Shown in pieces: positions 36,237 to 48,598 of a DNA stretch of 62,000 bases. The notes below the pieces were generated by a model that had not been told where the DNA came from, ran no database searches, and was given only the letters and a program-made list of their open reading frames with translations. A program made the position numbers and the translations under genes. Location: positions 12,383,553-12,445,552 of the forward strand of contig NC_057754.1 of assembly GCF_004010195.1 (NCBI RefSeq). Reading direction: 5' to 3'. The first letter of the stretch is position 1; the number at the start of each line of letters is the position of its first letter. Origin of the DNA: Chiloscyllium plagiosum. Taxonomy: Eukaryota.

Positions 36237-38582
36237 CGTCTGTAAATTACCTGTTTCCAAATGATCTAATCTTGTGACCTTATCTTTGTGCAGAACCTTA
36301 TCAAATGCCTTTCAGAAGTCCAGAAATATTACATTTAGAGGATCCTCATTATCCACTTTTCTTGTTACATCTTCGAAGAATTCTGCAAATTAATCAAATA
36401 TGATTTATCCTTCATAAAACCATGCTGACGCAGATCGATAGTGTTTTTAATTTACAAAGCTCCTGCTTTCTCGATAATTGATGCTAACAGTTTCCCAACA
36501 AGCTGTTTAATTAACTGGTCTGTAATTTACCATATATTGTGTCCTTACTTTTCAAACATGGGCATTACGTTAGTCTTTTTCCAGCCCACTGGAACTTCCA
36601 AGTGTACTGGAAACAATGAATCCAGTATCTCCAACGCCACTTCCACTAATACCCTAGATCGTAGGCCAAAAGACACGTGTGACTTATCTGCTCTCAATCC
36701 TAATGGATTGGTGAGCACATTTTGCCTATCGACATTGATTGACCTAAGTTATAGAGTCATAGAGATGTACAGCATGGGAACAGATCCTTTGGTTAACAAG
36801 TCCATGCCGACCAGATATCCCAAACCAATCTAGTCCCACCTGCTAGCACACGGCCCATATCCCTCCTAACCCTTCCTATTCATATACCCATCCACATGCC
36901 TCTTAACTGTTGCAAGTTTACCAGCCTCCACCACATCCTCTGGCAGTTCATTCCATAAAGGTTACCAACCTCTGCGTGAAAATGTTGCCCCTTAGATCTC
37001 TTTTATATCTTTCCCCTCTCAATTCTACCCTGTCAATAGCCTTTCACCATCAAGTTCCAATATAAATTGTGTAATCGTTGCCCAACACGAAAACCGAGGC
37101 AATGAATTGATTTAGCATCTCTGCCATTTCAATGCTTCCCAATATTTACTGTCCATTTCATCTTCCAACTTTCACCTTACCAACTATCTTCCCTTTTATG
37201 TTCCAAAAAAGGTTTTTGCTATCCTTTTTGATTTTTTGTGCTTGTTTAATTTCGTAATTTAACTTAACTCTTCTTAATAAGTGTTAAGAATTATCTTGTT
37301 TATGTTTGGAAAGTTTCCAATATTTCAGCTTCCAGAGTTGTGGAGTAATATTTCTAAACAGGTTGAAAAATTAGACAACTGCGATACAAACTTTTTTAAA
37401 ACATTCAGGTGCTTGGGGGCGATTCAAGTAATTACGCCACTGTCAGTCTCTTCGATTGGTTTAAATGACTTCAATCACACACCCCTCCGATGATGTTGTC
37501 TTCTCCAGCCCCAACCACCTGAGAGCTGGTGCATGTGCTGTGTTTGTGCTGTAGCTGCACAATGTTAGTGTTACTGAGTGTGGAAGAGGAATAGTGGCAA
37601 CAGCTTTAGCAACAATAAAAATCTGTAAAGGCTCAACAGGCCTCGCAGAATCTGCGGAGAGACATCCAAGGAAACGTTTAATGTCCAGTGACCTTTCTTC
37701 ATTTTTCAGAGACATCTGGAAGAGATCACCAGGCCCGATCCACAAGACCTTGCTCCTGCCCCCATGGGAGAGATATTGCGACAGGATAAAATTGAAATAG
37801 TGGAAGAAGGAGACTGGGAAGTTTGTGAATTCCAAGGAGCGTTCTGAAGCCTCGATTACAAGCCCCAGAGGCGCACTGTTTACCACCTACTGTGGTGAAT
37901 ATCTCGGTTTGCCCAGTCAACCGGCCGCCAATTTCGTGAAGGTGAAGTGATTGTTGTCTTGGGCCGTTTAACGTGGTCGGCCATCTTGGTGAAGCATCAT
38001 CAATAATCATTTCTAGGAGGGAATCCAACCTCGTGGCAAAGTTTGTGTCAACAAGGAGTTCCTCATTTCAGCACGAGAGACCTGGATCTGAGCTTCGTCT
38101 GAACGCCCTTTAACCAGGTATGGTTAAATAGGGAGTGAGAGAGAAATCCAGGAAAAAAGAATACGAAAGTAGGCAATGAATTAGACTTGAACGATTTGGT
38201 ATTTTGTGGTTTTGGAAAAGAAAGTGCATGGTTTCAAGATCACAGCGACCAGGAGAGCAAAGAATTGAAGTGTTGATGATATATTAAGTTTGGAGGCAAG
38301 TTAAAAAAAAACAAGAACACCAGGAGTGGAGGAAAGGTATGTGAATTTGGATTTGGATATCAATGCAAAGGAGGGAGGAAGGAGAGTGTGTATTATTGAA
38401 TTTACTGTTTTCAACTTGTAGAAAGGAAAGTAGAACTGCCTGTTTAGTATTTAATCTTGTACACAGAGCGATATATTGTGTACATTCCTCTTATAGGGTG
38501 TTCCAAATTTCAGATGGAAAACCCAAGACAAGCATCAAACCAAGATTTGACAATTGCATGACTTAGCTCAGGGCACGACTTA

Positions 38583-38845
38583 GCTCAGCGCGAGAGACTC
38601 GGGTTCAATTCCCACCTCTAGGTGACTGACTGTGTGGAGTTTGCACATTCTCCCGGTGTCTGCGTGGGTTTCCTCCGGATGTTCCGGTTTCCTCCCACAA
38701 TTCCAAAAAAATTGCAGGTTACGTGAATTGGCAACGCTAAATTGCCTGTAGTGGTAGATGAAGGGGTAAATGTAGGGGATAGGGTTTGGGTGGGTAGCGG
38801 GTCGGTGTGGACTTGTTGGGCTCAAAGGCCTGTAAGTAATCTAAT
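38583..38845 (+). mobile_element. HE1-type SINE (5' damaged)
   Basis: gggttcaattccc B box, tgtgtggagtttgcacattctccc core, taatctaatc tail. Confidence 0.85.
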
Positions 38846-38984
38846 CGTCTGGGGTTTGGATTACCAAGTTCTAGGGATTTGTAAACCTTTAATCCCATCA
38901 ATTTTCCCAACATCGTTTCCACACAAATATTCATTTTCTTCAGTTCCGCTCTCGAAGGAAAATGTGTTCCCCAACATTTTCATA

Positions 38985-39168
38985 ATGCTACATATTTCCT
39001 TCTTTGTGATGATAGAAGCAAAAAAAATGTTTAATAAGTCTACCATCTCTTCTTTCCACATAATGACTTTGCCTGATGTTACATATTTCTTTCTTTGTGG
39101 TGATAGGAGCAAAAAAAAAGTGTTTAATACGTCTGCCATCTCTTCTTTCCACATAACGACTTTGCCTG
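38985..39168. repeat. ~91-bp tandem duplication within a CR1 fragment
   Basis: Two adjacent copies of acatatttc..ccatctcttctttccacataa..tttgcctg. Confidence 0.9.
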
Positions 39169-40470
39169 TTTCTAATTTTAATTGTATTCTCTAATTTTTA
39201 TTTCTCTTCACATATTCCATTTCCCCCTCTTAACCTGCCATTTGTGATTTTATAAACCTCTGTCAGGTTACTCCTCAGCCTCCTATGCTGCAGTTTCTCA
39301 CGTGCCTACCCCATTTCCTTTTTAAAGCATTTATTATCTCCACTTCCTTCATCTTCATTGAAGCATGGACTTTCTCCTGCACAAAAGAGGCCACTTGGTC
39401 CATCATGTGTGTACCAGTTGGAGGGAAGCCTCCAGCTCAATCTCACTCTCCATCATTTGGCTGAAAACCTTGCAACTTACAGCCCTGGAGATGCATATCC
39501 ATGCTCATTGCAAATGAGCAGATGGTTTCTGTCCATTTTGCAGGCACTGAATTTCAAACTATATGATGTTCTGGTAGAAGAATGTCCTAACTCTTTAATG
39601 TTCCTTTAACCAAATATATTAAATATATACTCACTCGTCACTGGCCTCTTTGAGTTAAAAGACTACTGTCCAACCATTGTCCCCAAGCTACTCAATCAAA
39701 TCACCCCTCAGCTTCATCTATTCCAATTAGAATAGCTTCCGATTATTCAATATTTATTTATACCTACATTTTCCATACTTGACAACAGAATGTAATTCGG
39801 AGAAAATGAGGAGTGCAGATGCTGGAGATCAGAGTCGAAAGTGTGGTGCTGGAAAAGCACACAGGTCCGGCAGTATCCGAGGAGCAGAAGAATCGACGCT
39901 GCCTAGTTTTTCCATTCTTTGCAAAATGTTCAGTGGTCAGTGTTCCGTTTAGTAACAGAGTGCAACAATGTCCCTGCTACTGTCGTTAAACAGATCCTGT
40001 GGTTGTTTATTCTCCCTATTTCAAATGTTAAAACAGTGTGGTTCCAATGTGATTAACACTCCACAGGAACAGTTCCATTGAGTACAGAATTTGAAAGATA
40101 AATTCCAACGCATTCACATTCTCTCACTGTCTCTCTCCTTCTTCAACACATTGGGATGAAACCTGTCATGTCCAAGTGACTCAACCTTTATCCAGTTAAC
40201 ATTTGAAATGTTACATCTTCATTGTTACTTATTTTTTGTCCACCGTTTCACAACTCCCTTGTTCGCCTCATATATTGGGACAATTAATTTCCCATGAAGT
40301 CACTACAAAGTAATTGTGTAGCTTTTCTGCAACTCGAAGGATTGTAACATAAATTCCCTTATCTGCAACATGTTCAAGTTTGTACTAGCTAAACAGTTGT
40401 TTTCACGTACCCAAATGAAAGTTTGCTGCAACTTCTCTATCCATTTCTCGTTCTTAAATTAATGCCTCTA

Positions 40471-40740
40471 GGGTGGCACGGTGGCACAGTGGTTAGCACT
40501 GCTGCCTCAAAGCGCCAGAGACACGCGTTCAATTCCCGTCTCAGGCGACTGACTGTGTGGAGTTTGCACGTTCTCCCCGTGTCTGTGTGGGTTTCCTCCG
40601 AGTGCTCCGGTTTCCACCCACAGTCCAAAAATGCGCACGTCAGGTGAATTGGCCATGCTAAATTGCCCGTAGTATTAGGTAAGGGGTAAATGTCGGTGTG
40701 GGCTTGTTGGGCCTGTTTCCACACTGTAAATAATCTAATC
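40471..40740 (+). mobile_element. HE1-type SINE, near full length
   Basis: ggcacggtggcacagtggttagcactgctgcc A box, core, gggcctgtttccacactgt and taatctaatc tail. Confidence 0.92.
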
Positions 40741-41284
40741 TACCTTATTGTTTCTTCGCTAGATTCTAAATTGCTCCCATTCCCAGGCTTATCACTATTT
40801 CTGGTATCCTTAACATTATTTTTTTTCAGTCACCACATATACCTGTTGGAGATCATGGGGCACTTCTTTAAACATTAGCCATTGCCTAACTACTTTCAAA
40901 TCACTTTTGTGTTTTCCAATCCACGATATCAATTTGCACCTCATACTTTAATAAATTTGTTTCTTCAGATTTTATCACATTGAATCTTCAGACAAAATTC
41001 AATAGCATAGTCACTCTTTCTCAAAGGCTACATCACAGCAGAATTATTAAGGAGCTTTTTTTGTCAGAACATTAAATCTAAAATAGCCCAATATCTAGTT
41101 TAGTCATCAAGTGGTACCTTCGAAACTCATCTCGTGTACACTCCAGGAAGTCATGCTCCACTGCAGTAGGAATGATTGGATTATCTTTTTGAGCAAATTG
41201 AAATGCCCATTTCTTTATCAGCCATTTACATGCATCGTTAATTTTCTGGTTTCTACGATGCTGAAAATTAACATATATCAAAAA

Positions 41285-41590
41285 TAAAGGTGAAGTGGAT
41301 TGTGAGGCAAAGGTCTCCTACTTTCAGAATGTTGTTGTTGCTGATGGAGTTGGTACAGTTACGTACTTGTGTCCTTGCTTTGTCTAACAGTGAGGACAGT
41401 GATTCCTTGGTTAGGGTGAGGTTTATTGACGTGAATAGAGCCGTCGAAGGAAACCATGATCTCGTTGTCTTCTATCACTGTAATGTAATCTAATGTAATC
41501 TAATCTATCTTGGTGTCTTTCATGATGTTAAGGAATTTCTGAATGGACTGGATGGAGTGGCTTTAATCTTCTATGAGGTGTTTCAGTTGA
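41285..41590 (-). mobile_element. Penelope RT fragment
   Basis: KFLNIMKDTKI..EDNEIMVSFD..ALFTSINL..LCLTIHFTF; interrupted by a ~30-bp tail-repeat insertion near 41476-41505. Confidence 0.8.
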
Positions 41591-41685
41591 CATTGCAGTT
41601 ACTTTGCTTGTCTGTGTGTTGGTGTAGCAGAAAGTGAGTGTAAAGCACGTTCTTGTGTACTTGTCTGTTCTTGATCAGAAGAATT

Positions 41686-41723
41686 GAGTCCTGATGAACG
41701 GCCTATGCCAGAAACATCGATTC
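41686..41723 (+). ncRNA. Hammerhead motif in a PLE terminal fragment
   Basis: gagtc-CTGATGA-acggc-ctat-gcca-GAAAC-ATC-gattc; 5-bp stem I, weakened stem II. Confidence 0.55.
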
Positions 41724-42289
41724 TCCTGCTCCTCGATGCTGCCTGACCTGCGGAGATTTTACAGTATCACACTGCCCACTCTGTTCTTGATTATTGCAAC
41801 ATTTATGAGGCATTTGGATGGGTATATGAATAGGAAGGGTTTGGAGGGATATGGGCCGGGTGCTGGCAGGTGGGACTAGATTGGGTTGGGATATCTGGTC
41901 GGCATGGACGGGTTGGACTGAAGGGTCTGTTTCCATGCTGCACATCTCTAAGACTCGAGTCGAGAAAATGCACCGAGTGCTTGGTGCGACATTTCTCCTT
42001 TGAATTTGTGGAGTCGGTTGTGGGGATCATTTATCATTTACCATAACATTCTGCAGTCGTTCTGTTCTTCAGGCTTGTGGTATTATGAGGTGATTTGTAT
42101 TTGGCACATCGTAGTAATATTGCTTTCCTGAGGCATACCTGTAGGAAGTACAGCTGTTGGAGGATGGTACCATGTCTGATAGCATTGGTTTACCCTTCTT
42201 CGGGCTGTTCCCATAGGTGTTTGCGATTTTGTACACTAACACAGCTGACGATGAATAGACAAGCATGCTAGAACTAGTCATCGACAGTA

Positions 42290-43080
42290 AACTTCAGTGG
42301 GCCAAGACAAAGTGAAGACGAGCTCGACAACAAAAACTGGCCAAGCTCATGCACACAGATAAGACGTAAATTCAGAGATTTTGATGAAGAACCTGTCCGA
42401 CCGACCACTCACAGACACGGAAAAAGCCTAGTACGAGGGATGAATTTCAACCACAGGGACGCAGACAAATACGACTTCATTGCAACACTGCAATCCACCC
42501 TGAAAGACAACAGACTAGCAGAAGAAACCCAGCAAGCCAACAGACAGACAGTAGGACTGACACAACGCTGAAAGAAAGAAGGAATACACTCAACACACTG
42601 TAAAGAAATGCTGTGGAAGTTCTCAGAAAAGACAGAAATATCGTAATCGTACAGCCAGACGGATTACCTAACGTCATCCTGAACAGAACACAATACATTA
42701 AAAAAGTAAACACATTACTCGCAGATACCCACAGCTACTAAAACGTGGATATGGACGGGCTGCGAAGCTAGAAAATCACATTGCAGCATTCCTGAGAAAA
42801 TTTCATAAGACATGTGAAATTAACAAGACAGACAACCAAAGAATGAAACCAGAAGGATCCAACATACCTCGTTTCTACGAATTACTAAAGTTCATAAACA
42901 AGGGCCCACTCGCAGACTGATAGTCTCACTTCCCTGTACACCAACATACAGACTGCCAAAGGAAACTAACAAACTCAAACACCTAGTAAAAGACACAATC
43001 CACTTCATCCACTCCACCCAAGAATACCGTAACATCATGAAAGACGCCACGGTAGAGGACAACGAGGTCGTCTGTTCCTT
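42290..43080 (+). mobile_element. Penelope ORF fragment (N-terminal region to RT start)
   Basis: LTDTEK..GMNF, KDRNIVIVQPD, PRFYELLK.HK, LIVSLPCTPTYRL, EDNEVVCSF. Confidence 0.85.
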
Positions 43081-43394
43081 TAGATGGAAACATTACAGGG
43101 AAAATATCATTGAAATAACAGCTTTGAATATCAGAGCACACAAGGCAACAGGCTAAGTCGTGGAAACTGGAATGTAAGGCACGTCACATAATGTGAAAAC
43201 TCGATGGCTCGATCATTTTTCAGGAGAAACTTATCTCCAGTAGTAGTAAAAGCCAAAAGCTGCATCATTAAGAAATGATGCAATTACCACTGCCTTCATC
43301 CTTGGTAGTCGAGTGGGTCAGATTCAGATTTCTGCTGCGACTGACGTTTGGTTCCTGGTCAAAAAAATCAGGGTTCATTGGTCCTGACAGTGAC

Positions 43395-43640
43395 AAAAGC
43401 AAACGCAGAGCAGCTCTGACTGGAATCTGTTCAAAGTCTCAGATCAGCTTCCCCTCCTCATAGAGTACGATGAAGTTGACTGTGATATTTTCCGGGGCAC
43501 ATACTGATGTGAAACAGTGAAAGTATTTAATTTCCTGCAGATCAGGATTTCAAATCTCATCTCGGCTTCAGGACAACGAGAAAGATGAGTTTGAATATAT
43601 AAAGACGCTGTTAAGCCAAGCAAGCGCAAAACCTGTTGCA
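43395..43640 (+). mobile_element. Decayed L1/Tx1-like relic, paralog of 28875-28999 plus 29698-29830
   Basis: Colinear nucleotide match (ttcctgcagatcaggatttcaaatctcatctcgg vs ttcctgtatatcaagaattcaaacctcatctcga); FLQIRISNLISASGQ vs FLYIKNSNLISTPGQ. Confidence 0.5.
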
Positions 43641-46600
43641 TCCCCGACCTCTGCATACCTCGTGCACTCATTCTGCAGATTTCTTATGATAACATGGAAA
43701 GGAGCAGCAATATGGGAACATTCACAAGGTGAACAACCAGCAAAGATAATCATCGTCACTGCCTCCCTTCAATAGTCCACACTTTGTGAAGCAGTGCTTT
43801 CACTGGCAAAGGAAGCACATTTGTCCACAAGTGCCTGAGTCAGGGTCGCCTCCTTATCTGCTTGTACTTTCTATCGTTTCATTCCCAGACACTGTGTTAT
43901 TTCATGATCCATTCCAGTTAACAAGCTCAAAAATCAAACAACACCAGTTTATACTCGCTTTTGGCGTGAAGTTGTGGAGGTTAAAATCATGCTCACAGAA
44001 TTTATAGCCAAAGGAATCCAGTGTAATGGAGATATGATACAGTTAACAATCTTAGATTAAAACTTTCATCTTTCACAATGGGATATACTTGCTTCTGTTC
44101 TTTGATATTTCAATGCAAGAACGTCTTTTAAATTACATTGTCAAAATAGCTCAGCTTTTTAAACAATAGTATGAATGTATATGATTGCTTCAGTTACGTT
44201 ACTTGTAACATAAGCATTGAAATGTTGTAACGTCAAAACTCATCTCACAGTTGCCTTCTCAACTGGCGACGATATCTGATGTCTGAGTTGCATAATTGGA
44301 TGTGGTTATTACTGGGTCAGTGGCTAACACAGCTTTCAGGCTGCAAAATGGCTCTTGACAGTCAGCTGTCCACTGAAATTGCTTGCCTTTCTTCAGCATT
44401 TAGTATGTGGAAAAACCGCACTGCTAAAATATGGCACGACCTTTCGATAAAATCCACTTAATCCTTGGAATCTAAATACTGCTCTTCTTCTTGATGGTTT
44501 GCAACACTCCCTAATTACCTTTTTTTTAATGCATCCCGTGCGACCATTTGTCCATGTCCAGTAACATGGCCCAGGAAGATAACTTGGGCTATGGAAGATT
44601 CACTTTACGCGAGGTTTATCACTAAGTCTATCTTCCTAAGTCGATCGAACAAGTTTGATAAATGTTGCAAATGTTCCTTCCAATTATGACTAAAAATTCC
44701 CAAGTCATCAATATACACAACACAGTTGGCTATTCCGGCAATGAACTTATTGGTCAGTCACTGAAATTTGACTGACATATTTTTCATACCAATTGACATG
44801 AATTTAAATTGATATTGTCCATTCTGCTTGAACGAAAGCCAGAATTATCTTCCCTGTTTTGGACAAATGTACATGCCAATATGCTTTATACATGTCGATC
44901 TTGGGAATATAAGTTGCTTGTCCCACGTTCCTAACACAGTCTTCCAGACGGGGAAATAGGATATGCATCAGTCTTTGTAACTGGGTAGACTTTCTGTTAG
45001 TCCACACAATCTTTGGGTATCATTTGGTTTTGGCACCCATACCACGGACAAGCTCCAGTCAATGTAATTCATTTCAGTTATGTCATCTTGGAGCATGCGT
45101 TCGAACACCTTTTGAACCTGTGCCAACTTTAAAGGCATATGTCTATAAGGATATTGCTTGATTGGAACAGCATCTCCTATATCTACATAATGCATAATTG
45201 AACGCAAAAAGTACAGATGGAATTCTTTATACTAATCATCTGAATAATATTGACTGTAACAACGCAACATGACTTTTAATGTCTGATGCCACCTTTCCAT
45301 TGTTCCCTGCGAACCTGGATGGTGTGCAGTATATTTGAGCTATTTTATTCCAAATGTCCATAACTTCCTTAAACGACTTTGATGCAAATTTTGACCTTTG
45401 ATCTGACTGCATCTCCAGGGGTAGTCGGTACCTCGTGAAAAATTTGTGTTACTCCTCTGCAGTATTTTTAGCTGAGATATTGAGTAATGGGAGGCCCTCT
45501 AGAAATCTAGTGGACATATCCATTATTGTTAACAAATAGTGATTATTATTTTTTGTTTTTGGTAGGGGCCCGATGCAATTAATTAAGACGTTTGTAAAAG
45601 GTAGGAATAACTATTAAAGGTGCACGTTTACTGTTGCTTGTCGTTTTTCAATTACGTGACATGTGTGAAACGTCTGGTAAAATTCAACTACATTCTTGTA
45701 CAGTCCAGAGCAGTAAAATGTTTCTGTACTCTAGCTTGAGATTTTCTCCAACCTAAATGTCCACCTAGTTGTAGTTCATGCGCAACTCGAAACACCTCCT
45801 TTCTGTAACCGACTGGCAATATGATTTGATGAACTTCTGCCCATTTCTCATCTCCCTGAGCAAGTGATGGTCTCAATTTCCTCATTAATACATCATTTAA
45901 AAGATAATATCATTAGTGGACACATTTGGCTTCTTTTTTTAATGTGTATGCTTTTTGATACAATTGCTTTAACTATTCATCTTTCTGCTGTAACTCAGTG
46001 AATTTACCTGAGCTATAGATGTCCGCTGTGTCACACAGCTGTACTCGATTTCTGTCAAACATGGTCTCTGCTAATTCCCTTCAGTTTTCTTATCTGTACA
46101 CTTCTTTTGCAACTTTGATTTAGTGACCTCGTTACCACGCTGTCAGGAAAAGGCCCAGGATATGTGTTCTGCAATAGTTCAGTTTCCTGAGTTTGCATTG
46201 GATATTCTCGCCCAGTAGTCAACATTCCTTCGTGTGAACCAGCAATATCACTCGCAATGACAAATTCTATTCCTGGAGTTGAGGGTTTGTCTCGTGTTCC
46301 TACCAAGACGTCTACACTCTTCACTAGACACTCTAATCTCACTTTACCTAATTGAGCACTCCTCGTCTTTCCATTACCAACATCGTTTCAGGCAATAGTA
46401 CTTCAGGGGTACATTTTTCCTTATCTTTCAACATGACAGATTGAGAGGATCCTGCATCCTTTAATATTGTAACTCTTTCCCAGCTGCTCCTGGCCTTTGC
46501 GGACAAACTTTAATTTCATATGTAAATGGTTAAAGAAGATCTGGCACTTTCTCCTCACCAACGTCCGATCAGCTTGTATATTCTGGTGCAATTTTGTAGC

Positions 46601-47950
46601 CTCCACTGTGCTTTCCTTTAGCATTCCAACAAAATTTACTCACTTATCATGTGTTCCAAAATCTGGCTTCCCAGTGCTTTTCCTTAATCACCAACACTGT
46701 GCTTTCATGTAGCCCACTTTATTGCAAGGAGAACAACTGAGCTTTTCAACTTCTCTGACCCTTCAATTGTGTCCTTTTTATCCTGTGATAAGTTATCCTT
46801 ATGATCTTCACCAATATGAACCTTTTCTTTTCCAGGTGAGCATTTCTCTTTTTCCCAATTTCTATCCCTTATGGACTGATATTGATTTTAGAAGACAGTC
46901 GTTGATGTCTGGACCAACTTATAATTGTCTGCCACTTCAGCTGCTAATATTGCCGTTTAGCTCTCTGCTCTTCGGCATGGGTTATCAGTGCCTCAGGAAT
47001 TAATATTTTTGAACTCATCCAACACATTTCATGTGTAACATCGTCATTGGTTTCCTCTGTTTTTGCTGCCCTTATCCCCCATCGTAATTACTTTGTTTCG
47101 TCCTTTCAAACTCAACGTAGGTTTGACCAGAGTCCCTTCTTACATTTCGTAAACGTTATCTGTAGGCTTCGAGCACAAGCTCATACGTATTAAGAAGGCT
47201 TTCTTCACCTCCTCATATTTCTCAGACACTTTTTCTGATAGTGATGTGAATACCTCACAAACTCTATGTAAAAGTTTTGTTTAAATCATCAAAACCCACA
47301 TAGTCACTGGTCACCTTTTTCAAATACGATGAAAAAGGCTTCCATATCCTTCTCCTCAAATGTAGGCAACGCTTGGATATATTTAAGTAGCTTGTCACCA
47401 GGCCTTTGTTCATAGGTTTGCCCCTCCTCCCTCTCGACTCAATAAGCTAACCTTGAGCTTTCATCTCCATCCTTTTCAGCTGACTTACTTATATAAGTGC
47501 CAATTTATGAAGTTCAATCTACCTCTCTTTCTTCCTACCCTCTATTTGCTTTTCTCGCTCTTTTCTCTCCCGTCCAATTCAAGCTGTCTAATGTTTGTTG
47601 CCCTTTTTTGTCTTTTGACTCATATTCAAGCTGCTTCATTTCCAACAGAATTGTAGCCATCTCTAAAGATTCTGATGACATTTCCAGTAAATTGAAATGC
47701 TGAGCTATTGCTATAACAATCTTTCCCACAGAGAAGGAGGCAGCTCCAACTCCAGCTTGTCTGCTAATTCCAACTTTTTGACCGTAATTACTTTTTGTAA
47801 ATCCTCAAAAGTCGCAGCCAGAAAAACCTTGGTGACTGAAAGAGCATGTTCAACCCAATCGAATTCAACACCCAGAACATAAGACGCTAACGTTTACCAC
47901 TCGCTGCCTTCGAGTCCAAAAACACTAATCCAAAATCGAAACGATGGAAC

Positions 47951-47970
47951 AAATCTCGGACGAGCCTCCA
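47951..47970 (-). promoter_or_regulatory. Primer-binding site complementary to tRNA-Pro
   Basis: Plus strand aaatctcggacgagcctcca matches the tRNA-Pro 3' end AAATCCCGGACGAGCCCCCA at 18 of 20 positions. Confidence 0.85.
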
Positions 47971-47973
47971 CTT

Positions 47974-48598
47974 CGTTGTGGAACAGGCAAGACGCTCCTC
48001 AAAACAATTCTAGAAAATAGCCCGGGCCCTAGCTTTGCTATTTATTAAGCAGGTTTAACGCGGATATTCCAGGAGAGATGCAATTATTCAAACCACACAT
48101 TTCTGAATAAAACATAATGTATTTGCAAGATTATCGAATGAAACACAAGCAAAATTTAACATAATGCTGAAACCCCAACACATCACCTTAACTTAATGAT
48201 TTTGTTCCAGATACTGGCATCAATCCGTATAAACGCCCTTAGTACAAAGCTAAAATCAAGCACAGGTCCTTATGGGAGAAAAGTCAGAGAGAGATCAGCA
48301 TGAATCTGCTTCTTTGAGTTCAGCAGCTCTTACACCTGCCTGACTCCTTTCAGTAAATAGACACATGAGAAAAAAAAAGACTGAACTGGGAGAATTGACC
48401 TTGTTCCTTTCGTTGTTCAAGTGTTTTTTTAAGTAACTTAAAAGCCTTTTGCCTGAGGCAGCATTTGTTAACTATAAATAAAATGGCCCGAAAACATTGA
48501 AACCGCAGATTTTTCGTACACTGCGGTTTTTAGGGCTTTACAGAAAAGAAAAAAAGCCAAGGGAAGCATAACCATGATAAAGGAGCATCATCATCACA
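47974..48598 (-). repeat. 5' LTR of the Gmr1-like element
   Basis: Directly upstream of the PBS; starts TGTGA on the minus strand; no second copy seen. Confidence 0.6.

Larger units (their letters stand above)
35063..36307. repeat. 384-bp tandem duplication, second copy interrupted by a PLE
   Basis: tgtgctgtaatattctatgctgtacctcacatc at 35063 and 35447; copy 2 resumes at 36237. Confidence 0.92.
44280..48598 (-). mobile_element. Decayed Gmr1-like Ty3/gypsy LTR retrotransposon (gag-PR-IN-RT), 3' truncated
   Basis: Gag YELVLEAYR; IN AHE..GGHLG, FFTRY..QSDQ, SQGTMERWHQTLK (45270-45900) upstream of RT PIKQYPYR, VPKP, KID..KAYW, VYIDDL (44400-45200). Confidence 0.88.

Noticed and set aside
47951..47970. 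tRNA-Pro 3' end as a tRNA gene
   Set aside because: Only 20 nt, includes CCA and abuts an LTR, so it is a PBS.
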